A DNA stretch of 64,000 nt from the human T2T-CHM13v2.0 reference genome, Homo sapiens: assembly GCF_009914755.1 (NCBI RefSeq), contig NC_060935.1; one strand, 5' to 3'. This document shows positions 32,000 through 46,270 of the stretch, one piece after another; position 1 is the first letter of the stretch, and each line of letters starts with the position of its first letter. Under the pieces are notes generated by a model. The model saw only the letters and a program-made list of their open reading frames with translations, ran no database searches and was not told the DNA's origin. A program made the translations under genes and the position numbers.

Positions 32000-32076
32000 C
32001 TGTAATCATTCCGATCATCAGCTTTTACTCCAGGCCAATCTCTCTTCAGGTATTGACTAGCCAACTTCTGCATACC
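32000..32076 (-). CDS. FCHSD2: FCHSD2 coding exon (probably exon 4), 77 bp, phase 0/2
   Basis: taacag|GGTATG...TTACAG|gtaaat; translates GMQKLASQYLKRDWPGVKADDRNDY(R). Confidence 0.96.
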
Positions 32077-32189
32077 CTGTTAAAAAATACATATTTTTTC
32101 TAAAATAAATATTATGCCATAAAGGAAGCTCTTTTCCTTAAAATACATGACTTAGAAAATCTCATTTTTCCAAATGTAAATTTAATTCA

Positions 32190-32548
<359 letters not shown>

Positions 32549-33084
32549 AAAAAACAATGATAAATGGTAGAACACTACAACCTTTTTTCATTATTGTCCA
32601 GTCCTCTCTTGTCTCCATTTTTAGGAAAAGGGTGAGTATAAGGATAAGAAAGTTGAAACTTCATTGATATGCCTTTCACTTTTAACTATTTGACTAGCCA
32701 TAAAAACAAACCACCTCTGGCATGTCACAGGGAACACAGCTGTCCATCTCCATAGAACTCTGATCACACAGCTTTCTAAATCTCGGCAGCCAAACTCTCA
32801 AATACCAGGAAAGAGAAAAACAAATTCAATTTGAAGTAGACAGATATATACTGGCATGTAAAATTAATGAACAAATTTTGGTGCTGTTCCATATTATTAA
32901 TTCTCAAGACAGATTTTAAGGGTCTTTTCTTTTTAAATGATACCATGACACAAGTCACTTCAAACAACAAAATAAACTGTTTTACAAAGAAATTTGCCCA
33001 CTTACTATTATCTACACAACACAAATCTGGATAAAACAGAATGTTTATCTATAACAGGTGTCAGGGAGAGGTACAGGGATTTGA

Positions 33085-33469
<385 letters not shown>

Positions 33470-36400
33470 AACGTATTACTTTTGGATAGGAATATATGTG
33501 GTCCCCTAACACTATAACAGGGCCTAATGTAATGGTTATAGAAATCATTAACATTGAGATACTTATTTCTATACACGTAACTAAAAAGAACACAATGCTG
33601 AAATGAAGAACAATCACATCTATTAATCAACTACCTGCTTGAGGCAAAAATTACTCAAGTAAAATCAACACTACACTCTACATGGTACCTTTCTATTAAG
33701 GTCTGCTGTCAAATTAGCTTCAATCTCAAGTTCCTCCCGAACTTGGCAACAATTTGGTTTCACTATTTCTAAGTATTGTGTATTCTGAGAACTTGTATAG
33801 AACTACATATCCGTAACAGTTCCACTTAACATATCTTGTACTTTGGGAGCTCCAAATACTAAGTCTTCCCTAAATATGTACGGTAGTTTTTCACCTCTGC
33901 ACCTTGTTCATAATGCTCCCATTGCATGAAAATATCTTCTAACCACTCCTATTCCTACTTGCTAAATTCTCACCCCTCCCTTTTAATCTGATACTTAAAT
34001 TTCCTAACGTAAACAATCACAAATATATATAGGAAAATGTGAAAAGCGTCATTGCCTAGGTACTTATTTTCATTTCATTAAAGTATAATAGCTATTCTTT
34101 CTATATTTATTAGCTATAATTCTATAAAGAATTATCCCTCATGAACTATCTGGTTATATTGAGATACAGTTCTTGGAGGAAAGACAGGATAAATATTTGA
34201 ATGTCCAATATTTGGGTCCAAAGATGAACAATGAATTTTTAAAGTAACATTATGAACTCATGTATTTTAAATAATAGATGCATTCCAATTAATTAAAGTT
34301 GCTTTCTTCTGATGCTCAAATTGTCACATCTGTGGTCTGTCAGAGCCCCTCCAAGTTGGCTCCCATATCATGATCCCAAATAGACTCTGAATGCATCTTT
34401 GTTGTTGTTGTTGCTGTTATTGTTGTTTTACAGTTCCTGGCCCAGACTTGAAATAAGCTAGTTCTCCAAGGAATCCTGATTGTTTTCAGGGAGAAACCAG
34501 AGACCACAATCTAGGCAAGTTCTCATTCTTTGGGTCTTACTATTTGTGTCTTTTTCTAAAACGCCTTTTCTAATCACTGTATGCAAAGTATCTTCGCCTC
34601 TGGCCCTCTCACATAACTCTATTTATGCATAATCATCATACACTGTTACTGTCTGGTTTAAATATTTGTCTGTTTACTCTATAAGCTCCATCAGGTACAG
34701 ATCTTGTCTTTTTTTTTTTTTTTTAATCATTATATCCCCGGCTATAGCAGATCACCTAGAATTTAGTTGATACCGATAAGATCCACTGATTGCATGGATA
34801 AATGCCACCTACATTACTCTGTTTCTAATGTATAGTGCCCATCTCCATTTATGTTTTTGCCATTCTGTGTTAGAAGTCTTTGAATAAAAACTTCTCTGGT
34901 TCCTAATTTTCATGTACTCAAATTTTTTAATAACTGTATCAGATTTCTGAGATTATGACCAGGTGGCTTTAATATAATAAATTCCTTGGTAAAATTACAG
35001 TCAAATTTGACCATCTTCACTATTTTAAGAGAAATATGTGTGGGTATTCCAAAGCAGTTTTTAAAAATAATAGAAGTTTATTCCATACCTAGAAAGCACT
35101 ACACATTAATTTTTATGAGGGTTCAATTAAGTCAAGATCTCAGAATTCAAATAACTCATTATCTGTAGAGAAGAATAACAAGTATACAACATAATATGCC
35201 AGGCAACATATGGGTTACTGCCAAACAAGTGGCAAAATGTGATATAAGTACCCAAATGAGGAAAAGATCATCTGGTATTTTCTCAAATCACATCTAAATG
35301 ACATGATAGTGACTTTTTCAGTTTAATCACTGTTAAAGTGTTTACAGAACACATCACACAGAACATAGAATATGAGATGAGCCTCAGTTCATGAGCAGGA
35401 TTAAGACAGAAAGCAGAATGACAGCACTCTAAATTTATGTAGGAACAAATGAACTTAAGCACTTTCACATGTTTATTTCTCTTAACTCTATGTTAGGCTT
35501 TGTTATCACCACAGAGAAATTGGACATTAAAAGCATAAATACTTTACTTCAAATCATACAGTTCGTAACTAGTTAGGTGTGAGCTAGAATCCAAAGTTAC
35601 CATGTCTTTGTAAAAGAAATCATTTTAGAGTGGACTTTATCTATTTTTTTAAATTATGAAATTAATTTGTTAACTTTGTGCATTATAAATTACAATAGCA
35701 ATTTCTAGAGCTCTAAACCACAAAGCTAAACTGTATTAAACTGAATGAGCCCTTCAGAGATGAGATGAGGGATTCATGAAATAGACAAACAATGAGATCT
35801 TTAGATGAAAGACTTTATTCAAGTTAGTTCACAGAGGCAGGAATCATGACTTCTGTGTACTCCATGCAGCTGTTCAAGATCTAATCTGCATGGATGCTCA
35901 GACATACTCTGGGGCTATTACAGTAAAGGTCCTAAATAATATTGCACATTTCTGAAAGCATTCTATGCTTAAATTAACTGGTTTCCTCTATACTTTATAT
36001 TTAAAGCTACATTTGATGAATAAAAGGTTTACTTACATAGAAAACAAAATCCAGCCTAATTAATTTGCTAAGGAAAATAAACCTATGTCTTGCAATTTTT
36101 TAAAGTTTTTAAAAAAATTTTTTTCAAATCATTCTCCAAGCCCACAGCACTACTATCTAAAATTGGTCCACTAAACATAATATTTATTTATATTTACCTA
36201 AGCATCACTGATGCATAATGCTGATTTGATTTGCAATTCAGTTCACTTTAGAGCAGTGGCTTCCATAAAGATGTACTATCAATATACTCTTTGAAACATG
36301 CAATAACATCCGATTCCAACTTTTAAAAAGCCATCAGTGTCTGATGTTAGGCTTGCTTTGTTTTACCTCTCAATAACACTTGCTGTATTGCTTTAACAAG

Positions 36401-37069
36401 TGAAGAAACACAAAGAGAGCCACTGTTGAGTAGACACTAGGAAATGGACTGATGGCTTAACCTTTGGCCAATTTATTACAGCAAGCTGAGTAGAAGGGTG
36501 CTCTATGGCTCTAGCACAGGTAATTCTGTATCCATTTCATCCCTCAGCATACAGAGAAACTAATATTTAAATTTTACTAAGGGTTTGCCATTAGATGGCT
36601 CTTTAAAATTTTTGGAAACCATATTCTTTATATACTATACCATTTTGTCATGAAATTCCCGGCATTATGCAAGTGATCTTTTAACAATGAACAAGTTCAC
36701 TGCATAAGCTGGATATTTCTTAAACTAATGCAAATTATGCAATTATTACCTTTACTATATTCTTAAATCACTTTAAAAGTAATATAGAATTTCACTCCCA
36801 TCCTAAAGGAAAGTTTTAAAATATTCTTCATTGTTCTGTGTGGTATATGATTATGTAAGATTAAAAAAACAGTATATTATTTTAAATTACATAATAAATT
36901 GTCTTTATTTACTTTTCCATAATTTCATGACGAAATGAAATATTAATCTCATATAATAATATGTTCTATATATTAAAAACTAAAGGTATCTTTTAGCCTT
37001 TTCCCATTTATAAAAATAAAGATTAATTTTATTTAAATTAAGTATATATAAGAAATAAGATCTATTGAC

Positions 37070-37367
37070 ATTTTATTTACATTGAGACAGGGCCTTGCTC
37101 TGTCACCCAGGCTGGAAGGCAGTGGCATGATCATAGCTCACTGAAGTCTTGAACTCCTGGGCTCAAGTGATCCTCCTGCCTCTCAGCCTCCAGAGTAGCT
37201 GGGACTGCAGGTGCATGCCACTGCGACCAGCTAAGTTTTAAAATTTTTTGTAGAGATGGGGTCTCGCTATGTTGCCCAGGTTGATCTGAACTCCTGGCCT
37301 CAAGTAATGCTCCCACCTCTGCCTCCCAAAGGGCTGGGATTAAAGGTGCAGGCCACTGTGTCTGGCC
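37070..37367 (-). mobile_element. AluJ
   Basis: Reverse dimer; TSD atctaYtgacatt. Confidence 0.88.
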
Positions 37368-37439
37368 TATCTACTGACATTATAAATGACCCATCCTATT
37401 TGATTTAAAGATCAAACATAGAATAAAAAAAAAAAAAAA

Positions 37440-37917
37440 CAGGCACACATACGTTCACTGCAGCCCCATTAGCAATAGCAAAGACATGGAATCGACCTAA
37501 ATGGCCATCAATGGTAAAGTGGATAAAGAAAATTTGGTATGTATACACCATGGAATACTATGCAGCCATAAAAAAGAATGAGATCATGTCCTTTGCAGGG
37601 GCGTGGATGGCGCTGGAGGCTATTAACCTTAGCAAACTAATGCAAGAACAGAAAACTAAATAATATATGTTCTCACTTATAAATGGGAGCTAAATGATGA
37701 GAACACATGAACACATAGAGGAGAACAACAGACACTGGGGCCTTTTGGAGGATGGAAGCTAGAAGGAAGGAGAGGATCAGGAAAAATAATTAATGGGTAC
37801 TAGGCTTAATACCTGGGTAACGAAATAATCTGTACAACAAACCCCTGTGACATGAGTTTACCTATGTAACAAACCTGTACATGTTACCCAAATTTAAAAT
37901 AAAACTTAAAAAAAAAG
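37440..37917 (+). mobile_element. L1PA13-16-type 3' end
   Basis: gggtactaggcttaatacctgggt...aataaaacttaaaa 3'UTR. Confidence 0.85.
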
Positions 37918-37919
37918 CT

Positions 37920-40790
37920 CATTCATGACAGAATTCTAAAAAAACTAGATGCAGAAGAATACGTCCTTAACCTAATAACGGATATATACAAAAAACTGGC
38001 TGGGCGTGGTGGCTCACACCTGTAATCCCAACACTTTGGGAGGTGGAGTCATGAGGATCACTTGAGCCCAGGCAACACAAGGAGACCCCTGTCTCTGTAA
38101 ATAATAAAAAAAATTTTCCAGGCCTGGTGGTGCACACCTGTGGTCTTAGCTACTTTTGTGTATGGCAGGAGAGGGAGAGGAGAATGAGATGGGAGGATCA
38201 CTTGAGCCCAGGATGTCAAGGCTGCAGTGAGCCATGACTGCACCACTGCACTCCAGTCTGGGCAACAGAGTGATTCTGTGTCTCAACAAAGAAAAAAAGC
38301 AAAAAATAAAAACCAAAACTAAACGACACACATAAAACTAAAGTTAACACCATACTTTTAATGGTGAGTGAATGCTTTTCCCTTAAGATAGAGATAAGGC
38401 AAAGATTTTCTCTGTTACACTTCTTTTCAACATTGTACTGGAAGCCCTACTTAGTACAATAAGGCAAGAAAAAGAAATAAAAGGCATACAGATAGGAAAG
38501 GAAGAAATAAAGCTATCTTTATTCATAGATGACATGATTGTCTATGTAAGAAACCCTGAAGAATCTACCAAAAAACCTCATGGAACTAATAACTGAGTTT
38601 AGCAAAGTTGCACAATACAACGTCAATATTCCAAAGTTAATTGCTCTCCTACATACATGCAATGAACAACTGGAATTTGAAATTTTATTAAATGAAGTAC
38701 TTAGGTATAAATCCCACAAAATGTTTGCAGGATCTGTATGTGGAAAAGTCCATAATACTAATGAAAGAAAGAAAAGAATAAAAGAATCTAAATGGATGGA
38801 GAGACATTCCATGTTAATGACTTGGGACTTCATATTGTTAAGGTCTTATTTGTTCCCAATATGATCTATACATTCAAGGCAATCTCAATCAATAGTCCAG
38901 AAAGATAAAGGTATTAGAATAGCCAAAATTCAGAAAAATAAGAACAAAATCAGAGCACTCTCATTACCTGACTTCAAGGTATACCTTGAAGGCTGCAGGA
39001 ATCAAGATAGCATGATGTTGGCAAAAGAATGGACAGATAGATCAGTGGAACAAAAGAGAGATCCCAGAAATAGACCCATACAAATATAGTAAACTGATTT
39101 TTCACAAAGGGGCAATGACAATTCAATGGAGACAGGATAGTCTCAATCAACAAGTGATGCTAGAACAATTGAATGACCATAAACAACAACAAAACAACAA
39201 AAACCCTTGACACATACCTCACGAGTTACACAAAAATTGGCTCAAAATGATTCATACACCTCAATATAAAGCATAAAACTATGAAACATTTAGAAGAACA
39301 GAGAAGAAAATCTCCTTGACCTTTGGTGAAAAGTTTTAACATATAACACCAGAACCAAGACACATGAAAGAAAAATGATAAATTGGACCTTATCAGAATT
39401 AAACTCTTTCTTCTGGAAAAGACACTACAAAGAGAATAAAAAGACAAGCTGCAGATTAGGAAAAAATACTTGCAAATCATGTATCTGATAAAGGAAGTCC
39501 AAATATATAAAGAATTCCTAAAATTCAACAGTAAGAAAAAAATCAACACATTTTTAAAATGGGCAAAGGATCTGAAAAGATACTTCATCAAAGAAGATAT
39601 AAGAATGGCAAACAAGCATATGAAAAGAAGTTCAGCATCACTTGTCATTACGGAAATGCAAACTAAAATAATGTGGTACCACTACACATGTATTAGAATG
39701 CTAAATCCAAAAAATTAACAGCAAGAAATGCTAGTGAGGACGCAGAGTTACAGAGTACTCCTTCAACGGTGGTGGGAATGCAAAATAGTATGGCCACTTT
39801 GAAAGACAGTTTTGAAATTTCTTATGAACAGAGACTTCCACAATCATGTTCTAGGTATTTGGCCAACTGATTTGAAAACTTAGGTTCACAAAAAAACCTG
39901 AGCACAAATGCTTCTGGCAGCTTTATTGATAAACTTGGCAACAAAGATGTCCTTCAGTAGGTGAATGGATAAACAAACTGTGGTACATAATTATAATGGA
40001 ATAGTACTTAGCAATTAAAAGAAACAAACTATTAATTCACATAACTTGGATGAATCTTAAAATGCATTTTGTTAAGTCAAAGAAGCCAAATTAAAAAGGT
40101 TACACACTGTATTATTCCATTCATATGACATTCTGGGAAAGACCAATTGATAGAGAAAACAGATCAGTGATTTTGAGGGGTTTGGGGAGAAGGAAGTGTT
40201 TGCTAGGGGAAGAATTTTAAGGGTGGTGAACTAATATACATAGTATTGTAGTAGTGGATCTGCAACACTATACATTTGTCAAAACCCAAAGAACTTTGAC
40301 AATACCCACAGAACTTTGACAAGAGACAAAGAATGACTCTTAATATACGTAAATTAAAAAAAATCTACCAGTGGTTGGGGGAACCGAAGATAGAATGCAG
40401 ACTGTGACAAATCCAATTGTATTACAAAATGTGAGACATAACCTCATAAATGGGTATGGGGAATGAAGGGGCAAATTTTATAATTCTGTAAAATAATGTG
40501 TTTATAAATGGATTCAAGAAACTCTGGAAAAAAGTATTTTAGCTAGAAACTGTACGACTAAAGACAAAAAACTGTATATAAACATTGTACACTAGTTGAT
40601 AAAGTTGTTTCTCACTAGGCACAGGTAAAAAATTCTGAAAAGTGGTACACATATACTGGGATTAAACAAACATGTAAACAGATGGCAGAGGGTAAAAGCT
40701 CAGTGTTGGAGTGGGACTTAGAAATAAGAAGGGGAAATGAGAATGAATTACATGGGGGTAAATTAGAGTCACAGACATCAAGTTCAATAT
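37920..40790 (+). mobile_element. Old L1M (L1MC-like) ORF2 and 3'UTR, interrupted by an Alu
   Basis: Degenerate RT text (gatgacatgattgtctatgta); ORF-track pieces at 38580 and 39470 resemble ORF2p. Confidence 0.8.
37998..38320 (+). mobile_element. AluJ
   Basis: Diverged dimer with indels. Confidence 0.85.
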
Positions 40791-40800
40791 ATATTTTGTT

Positions 40801-41850
40801 GCAATTGCAACAAAATCAAGCATTGACAAATGGGATCTAATTAAACTGAAGAGCTTCTGCACATCAAAAGAAACTATCAACAGAGTAAACAGACACCCTA
40901 CCGAATGGGAGAAAATACTGCAAACTACGCATCCCACAAAGGTCTAATATCCAGCATCTATAAGGAAATTAAACAAGTTTACAGGGAAAAAAACAACAAT
41001 CCCATTAAGAAATGGGCAAAGGACATGAACAGACGCTTTTCAAAAACAGACATACATGCAGCCAACAATCAAATGAAAAAAAGCTCAATATCACTGATCA
41101 TTAGAAAAATGCAAATCAAAATCACAATGAGATACTATCTAACACCAGTCCAAATGGCTATTATTAAAAAGTCAAAAAATAACAGAAGTTGGCAAGGTCG
41201 TGGAGAAAAAGAACGCTTATACACTGTTTATGGAAGTGTAAATTAGCTCAGGCATTGTGGAAGACTGTCATGATTCCTCAAAGAACTAAAGACAGAAATA
41301 CCATTCAAGCCATCAATCCCATTACTGGGTACATACCCAAAGGAATATAAATCATTCTATTATAAAGATACATGCACACATATGTTCACTGCAACACTAT
41401 TCACAGTAGAAAAGACATGGAATCAACCTAAACGCCCATCAGTGATAGACTGGATAAAGAAAATGTGGTATATATATACCATGGAGTACTATGCAGCCAC
41501 AAAGAAAGAATGAGATAATGTCTTCTGCAGGAACATGGATGGAGCTGGAGGCCATTATCCTTTGCAAACGAATGCAGGAAAAGAAAACCAAATACCACAT
41601 ATTCTCACTTATAAGTGGAAGCTAAATGATGAGAACACATGCACACATAGAGGGGAACAACAGGCACTGAGGCCTTTTGGAGGGTGGAGGGTGGGAGGAG
41701 GGAGATAATGAGAAAAAAATAACTAATGGGTACTAGGCTTAATACCTGGGTGATGCAATAATCTGTACCACAACCCCCGATGACACAAGTTTAACTATGT
41801 AACAAACCTGCACTTGTACCCCTGAACTTAAAATAAAAGTTTAAAAATTA
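40801..41850 (+). mobile_element. 5'-truncated L1PA13-16-type element
   Basis: ORF2 C-terminal text (ORF 40905-41246) and 3'UTR ending aataaaagtttaaaaa. Confidence 0.88.
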
Positions 41851-42182
41851 AATAAATAGAATTTTAAAAATTTTTTAAATCTCCTTGGAATTAGTTTGTA
41901 GAATTATAATCTGTATACTTGTGACTAAACTATATCTCTAAATTGGTATATCCTTATGACTAAGAATTTTTTTAAAGCTATATAGTATTTCAGTCAAAAA
42001 CCAAATCTTAATGTGTTATGCTGTATGATGTACCAACTCAGTAACATCCTTCTGGTCTCCCGTAACCATCCACATATACCAGTAGGTATGTGTGGTATAT
42101 ATACCTACTGATATGCTCCACGTTTTGACTAAAAAACACAGATATGCTCCATGTTTTGACTAAAGAATTATAGAGATTCATT

Positions 42183-42468
42183 TTATGTATGTATGTATGT
42201 ATGTATGTATGTATGTATGTATGTATGTATTTTGACATAGAGTCTCACTCTGTTCCCAGGCTCAATTGATCCTCCCATCTCAGACTCTAGAGTAGTTGGG
42301 ACTACAGGTGTGTGCCACTGCACCCAGCTCATTTTTTTATTTTGTTTTTGATACAGATGAGGTTTCACCATGTTGACCAGGATGGTCTCAAATTCCTGGG
42401 CTCAAGCAGTCCACCTACCTTGGGCTCCCAAGTGCTAGGGTTACAGGCATAAGCCACCGTACCCAGCC
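42183..42468 (-). mobile_element. AluJ with (TATG)n microsatellite tail
   Basis: Reverse Alu with internal deletion; TATG run at about 42184-42229. Confidence 0.85.
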
Positions 42469-42489
42469 TATACAGATAAATGAAATATT

Positions 42490-42690
42490 CTGTATGAGGA
42501 CTATAGTTCATAGTATACTGTATTCAGGATTTTGCTAAATGAATAATTACAGTTGCTCTTGCCACTGGGAGCAAAATGACTGACTGAGACAATGGATGCT
42601 AATTTGTTCCACTATAGTGACCATTTTACATCATATCTTATAACATCATATCATATACCTTAAATATATGCAATAAAATTTATTTTAAAA
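42490..42690 (+). mobile_element. L1MA-type 3' tip
   Basis: gactatagtt...accttaaatatatgcaataaaa. Confidence 0.6.
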
Positions 42691-42860
42691 TAAAAGAAAC
42701 CGAGTATAAAAATAATGTAGAATATATAAAACAGATATACAGTGCTCTAAAAAACTTTAAAGATAGGGGGAGGTGGTTTGTATATTCAAATAGACTTAAT
42801 TGAGAACTACATATGATTAAAGATCAGAAGGACAAATGAGAGTTAACTGTCTAAGGGAAG

Positions 42861-45209
42861 TGATATGGTTTGGCTCTGTATCCCCACCCAAATCTCATCT
42901 TGAATTGTAATCCCCATGTGTCAGAGGAGGGACCTGCTAGGAGGTGATTGGATCACAGGGGCAGATTTCCCCATGCTGTTCTCATGACAGCAAGTGAGTT
43001 CTCATGAGATCTAATGGTTTAAAAGTTTGGCACTTCCCCCTTTGCTCGCTCTCTCTCCTGCGACCATGTAAGACATGCCTTGCTTTCCCTTTGCCTTCTA
43101 CCATGATTTTAAGTTTCCTGAAGGCTCCCCAACCATGCAGACCTGTGAGTCAATTAAACCTCTTCCTTGATAAATTACCCAGTCTCAGCTAGTTCTTTAT
43201 AGCAGTGTGGAAATGGAGTAATACAGAAAATTGGTACCGAGAGACATGGCGTATTTCTATAAAAATACCTGAAAATGTGGAAGTGACCTTGGAACTGGGT
43301 AGCAGGCAGAGGTTGGAACAGTTTGGAGGGCTCAGAAGAAGAGAGGAGGATGTCGGAAAGTTTGGAACTTCCTAGAGACCTGTTGAATGGTTTTGACCAA
43401 AACCATTGATCACTGATAGTGATATGGGCAATGAAATCCAGGCTGAGTAGGTCTCAGAGGGAGAAGAGGAACTTATTGAGAACTAGAGCAAAGGTCACTC
43501 TTGCTATGCTTTAACAGAGAGACTGGCAGCATTTTGCCCCTGCCCTAGAGATCTCTGGAACTTTGAACTTGAGAGAGATGATTTAGGGTATCTGGCAGAA
43601 GAAATTTCTAAGCAGCAAAGCATTCAAAATGTAACCTGGCTTTTTCTGAAAGCATACAGTCATATCCAGTCATAAAGAGATGGTCTAAAATTGGAACTTA
43701 TGTTTAAAAGGGAAGTAGAGTGTAAAAGTTTGAAAAATTTGCAGCCTGACCATGAGGTAGAAAAGAAAAACCAATTTTCTGAAGAGAAATTCAAGCTGGC
43801 TGCAGAAATTTGCATGAGTAAAAAGAAGCCAAATGTTAATAGCCAAAACAATGAAGAAAATGTCTCCAGGGCATTTCAGAGATGTTCGCTGCACTCCCCG
43901 CCATCACAGGCCCAGGAGGCCTAGGAAGGAAAAATGGTTTTGTAGCCCAGGACCAGGGCTGTGCTGCTCTGTGCAGCCTTGGGACACGGTGCCCTGCACC
44001 CCAGCTGCTCCAGCTCCAGCCGTGGCTAAAAGGGGCCAAGGTACAGCTCGAGCTGTTGCTTCAGAGGGTGCAAGCCCCAAACCTTGGTGGCTTCCACATG
44101 GTATTGGGCCTGTAGTTGTGCAGAAGATAAGAACTGATGTTTGGAAACCTCTGCCTAGATTTCAGAGAATGTATGGAAACACCTGGATGTCCAGGCAGAA
44201 GTCTGCTGCAGGGGCAGAGCCCTCATGGAGAACCTCTTCTAGGGCACTACAGAGGGGAAATGTGGGGTTGGAGCCCCCACACAGAATGCTCACAGGGGCA
44301 CTGCCTACTGGAGGGGTGAGAAGAGAGCCACCATCCTCCAGATCCCAGAAAACCTCACACCATGTACCTGGAAAAGCCGCAGGCACTCAATGGCAGCCTG
44401 TGAAAGTAGCTGCAGGTGCTGTACCCTGCAGAGCCACAAGGACAGAGATGCTTAAGGCCTTGGGAGCCCACATCTTGCAACAGCGTGCCCTGGATGTGAG
44501 ACATGGAGTCAAAGGAGATTATTTTGGAGCTTTTACTATTTAATAACTGCCCTGTTACGTTTCAGACTTGCATGGGGCCTGTAGCCCCATTGTTTTGGCC
44601 AATTTCCCCCATTTTGAATGGCAGCATTTATCAAATGCCTGTACCCCCATTGTATCTTGGAAGTAACTAACTTGCTTTTGATTTTACAGGCTCACAGGCA
44701 GAAGGGACTTCCTTGTCTCAGATGAGACTTTGGCCTTGGACTTTTGGGATAATGTTGGCATGAGTTAAGACTTTGGTGGACTGTTGAGACGGCATGATTG
44801 TGTTTTGAAATGTGAGAAGGACATGAGATTTGGGTGGGCCAGGGGTGGAATGATATGGTTTGGCTCTGTGTCCCCACCCAATTCTCAACTGGAATTGTAA
44901 TCCCCATGTGTCAGGGGAAAAACCTGGTGGGAGGAGATTGGATCATGAGGGCAGATTTTCCTCATGCTGGTCTCATGATAGTGAGTTCTCATGAGAGCTG
45001 ATGGTTTAAAAGTTTAGCACTTCCCCTTTCGTTCTCTCCGTCTCTCCTGCCACCATGTAAGAGATGCCTTGCTTCCCCTTTGCCTTCTGCCATAAGTTTC
45101 CTGAAGGCTCCCAAGCCACGTGAAACTGTGAGTCCATGAAACCTCTTTTCTTTATAAATTACCCAGTCTCAGGTAGTTCTTCATAGCAGTGTGAAAACGG
45201 ACTAACACA
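42861..45209 (+). mobile_element. Full-length THE1D (ERVL-MaLR): 5' LTR 42861-43225, internal 43226-44850, 3' LTR 44851-45209
   Basis: Two TG...CA LTRs starting tgatatggtttggctctgt; purine-rich tract before the 3' LTR; 5-bp TSD GGAAG at 42856-42860 and 45210-45214. Confidence 0.93.
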
Positions 45210-45469
45210 GGAAGCATGACATACAGCAATGAAAGTAGAAAGTTAGTCAAGAGACAAACTATGAAGACCAGAAAGGGCACCATAAATATAATGGTGTAGT
45301 ACACTAAAAACGATAAAATGCCATTGAAAACCTTTTAAATAAGGAGATAAAAATCAATTTGCATTTTTAAAAGGTCATTTTCACAGCTATGTAGGAAACA
45401 ACTTTGGGGGAAAACAAAAGATACGGAAACCACTTACAAGACTATTGTAGGAGCAAATTCTGAGAATAA

Positions 45470-46270
45470 GGCAGAGCAGAAAGGACCAGGAATCTTGTCT
45501 CCCAACCTAGACAACAATCACACTGCGGCAAGATCGGTTTGATGCAATTATTTTAGAATTCTAGAAGCCACTGTGGACTTGCAACTCCCAGAGAAAGATT
45601 TGGAGAGTAAATTACAGTTAATTTAGGTCAATTTCAGCTCTTAGCTCAGCTGTGGCTACCCATCTTTATCCCTGGCCCATTGGCAGGCAGCCATGCATAT
45701 GTTCCTGGAACAACTCCTATGCTCCTTATGGGAGCCAGGATGGGCAAATGGGACCCTATCTTGTGCTATGATCACTGACTGCTGCTTATGATTGTGGAGG
45801 TGCAGACACAGAGGTAGGAAGTCATTGCAGCACCCTTTCCCTATTGCTACAAGCCCTTCCCCCTTAGGCTGAAGTGACTTCCGGGGAACTTAAAGGGACA
45901 GCGTCCTTTTTCCCTGTCTTCATTTTCCCACCTTTTGAGAACCACACATTGAAAATTAGGACATTGAAGGGCAATTGCATATTTGAGAGAAATTAGTAAG
46001 TCACCACAATATACAGAGAAAGGCACAGGCTCAGAAAATTCCTGAGAAGACCTTAAGTTTACATCTCAGGCTGATCCTCAGCATGGAGACTACTTATGTT
46101 AATCAAAAACAAAAGAAAAACAAAAACAAAAACAAACTAGCAAAACCTCAGAAAGAGGGAGAATCTGATGTCCAGAGTCACCACCTTATTAGATTCAAAT
46201 GGCCAGTTTTTAACAACAACAACAACAACAACAAAAATCACAAAGCATACAAAGAAATAGGTAAGAAATA
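45470..46270 (+). mobile_element. Old L1M 5'-region fragment with an (AAC)n tract near 46212-46233
   Basis: ggctcagaaaa...gagaagaccttaagtttaca..tcaggctgatcct motif typical of old L1 5' regions. Confidence 0.5.

Noticed and set aside
36660-36745. Octamer-like cluster (ATGCAAATTATGCAAT)
   Set aside because: The AT-rich context makes such matches likely, and there is no independent support in the sequence.
43691-44543. 236-aa and neighbouring ORFs as a protein-coding gene
   Set aside because: They lie within the THE1D internal region, where such residual ORFs are common; no domain is recognisable.
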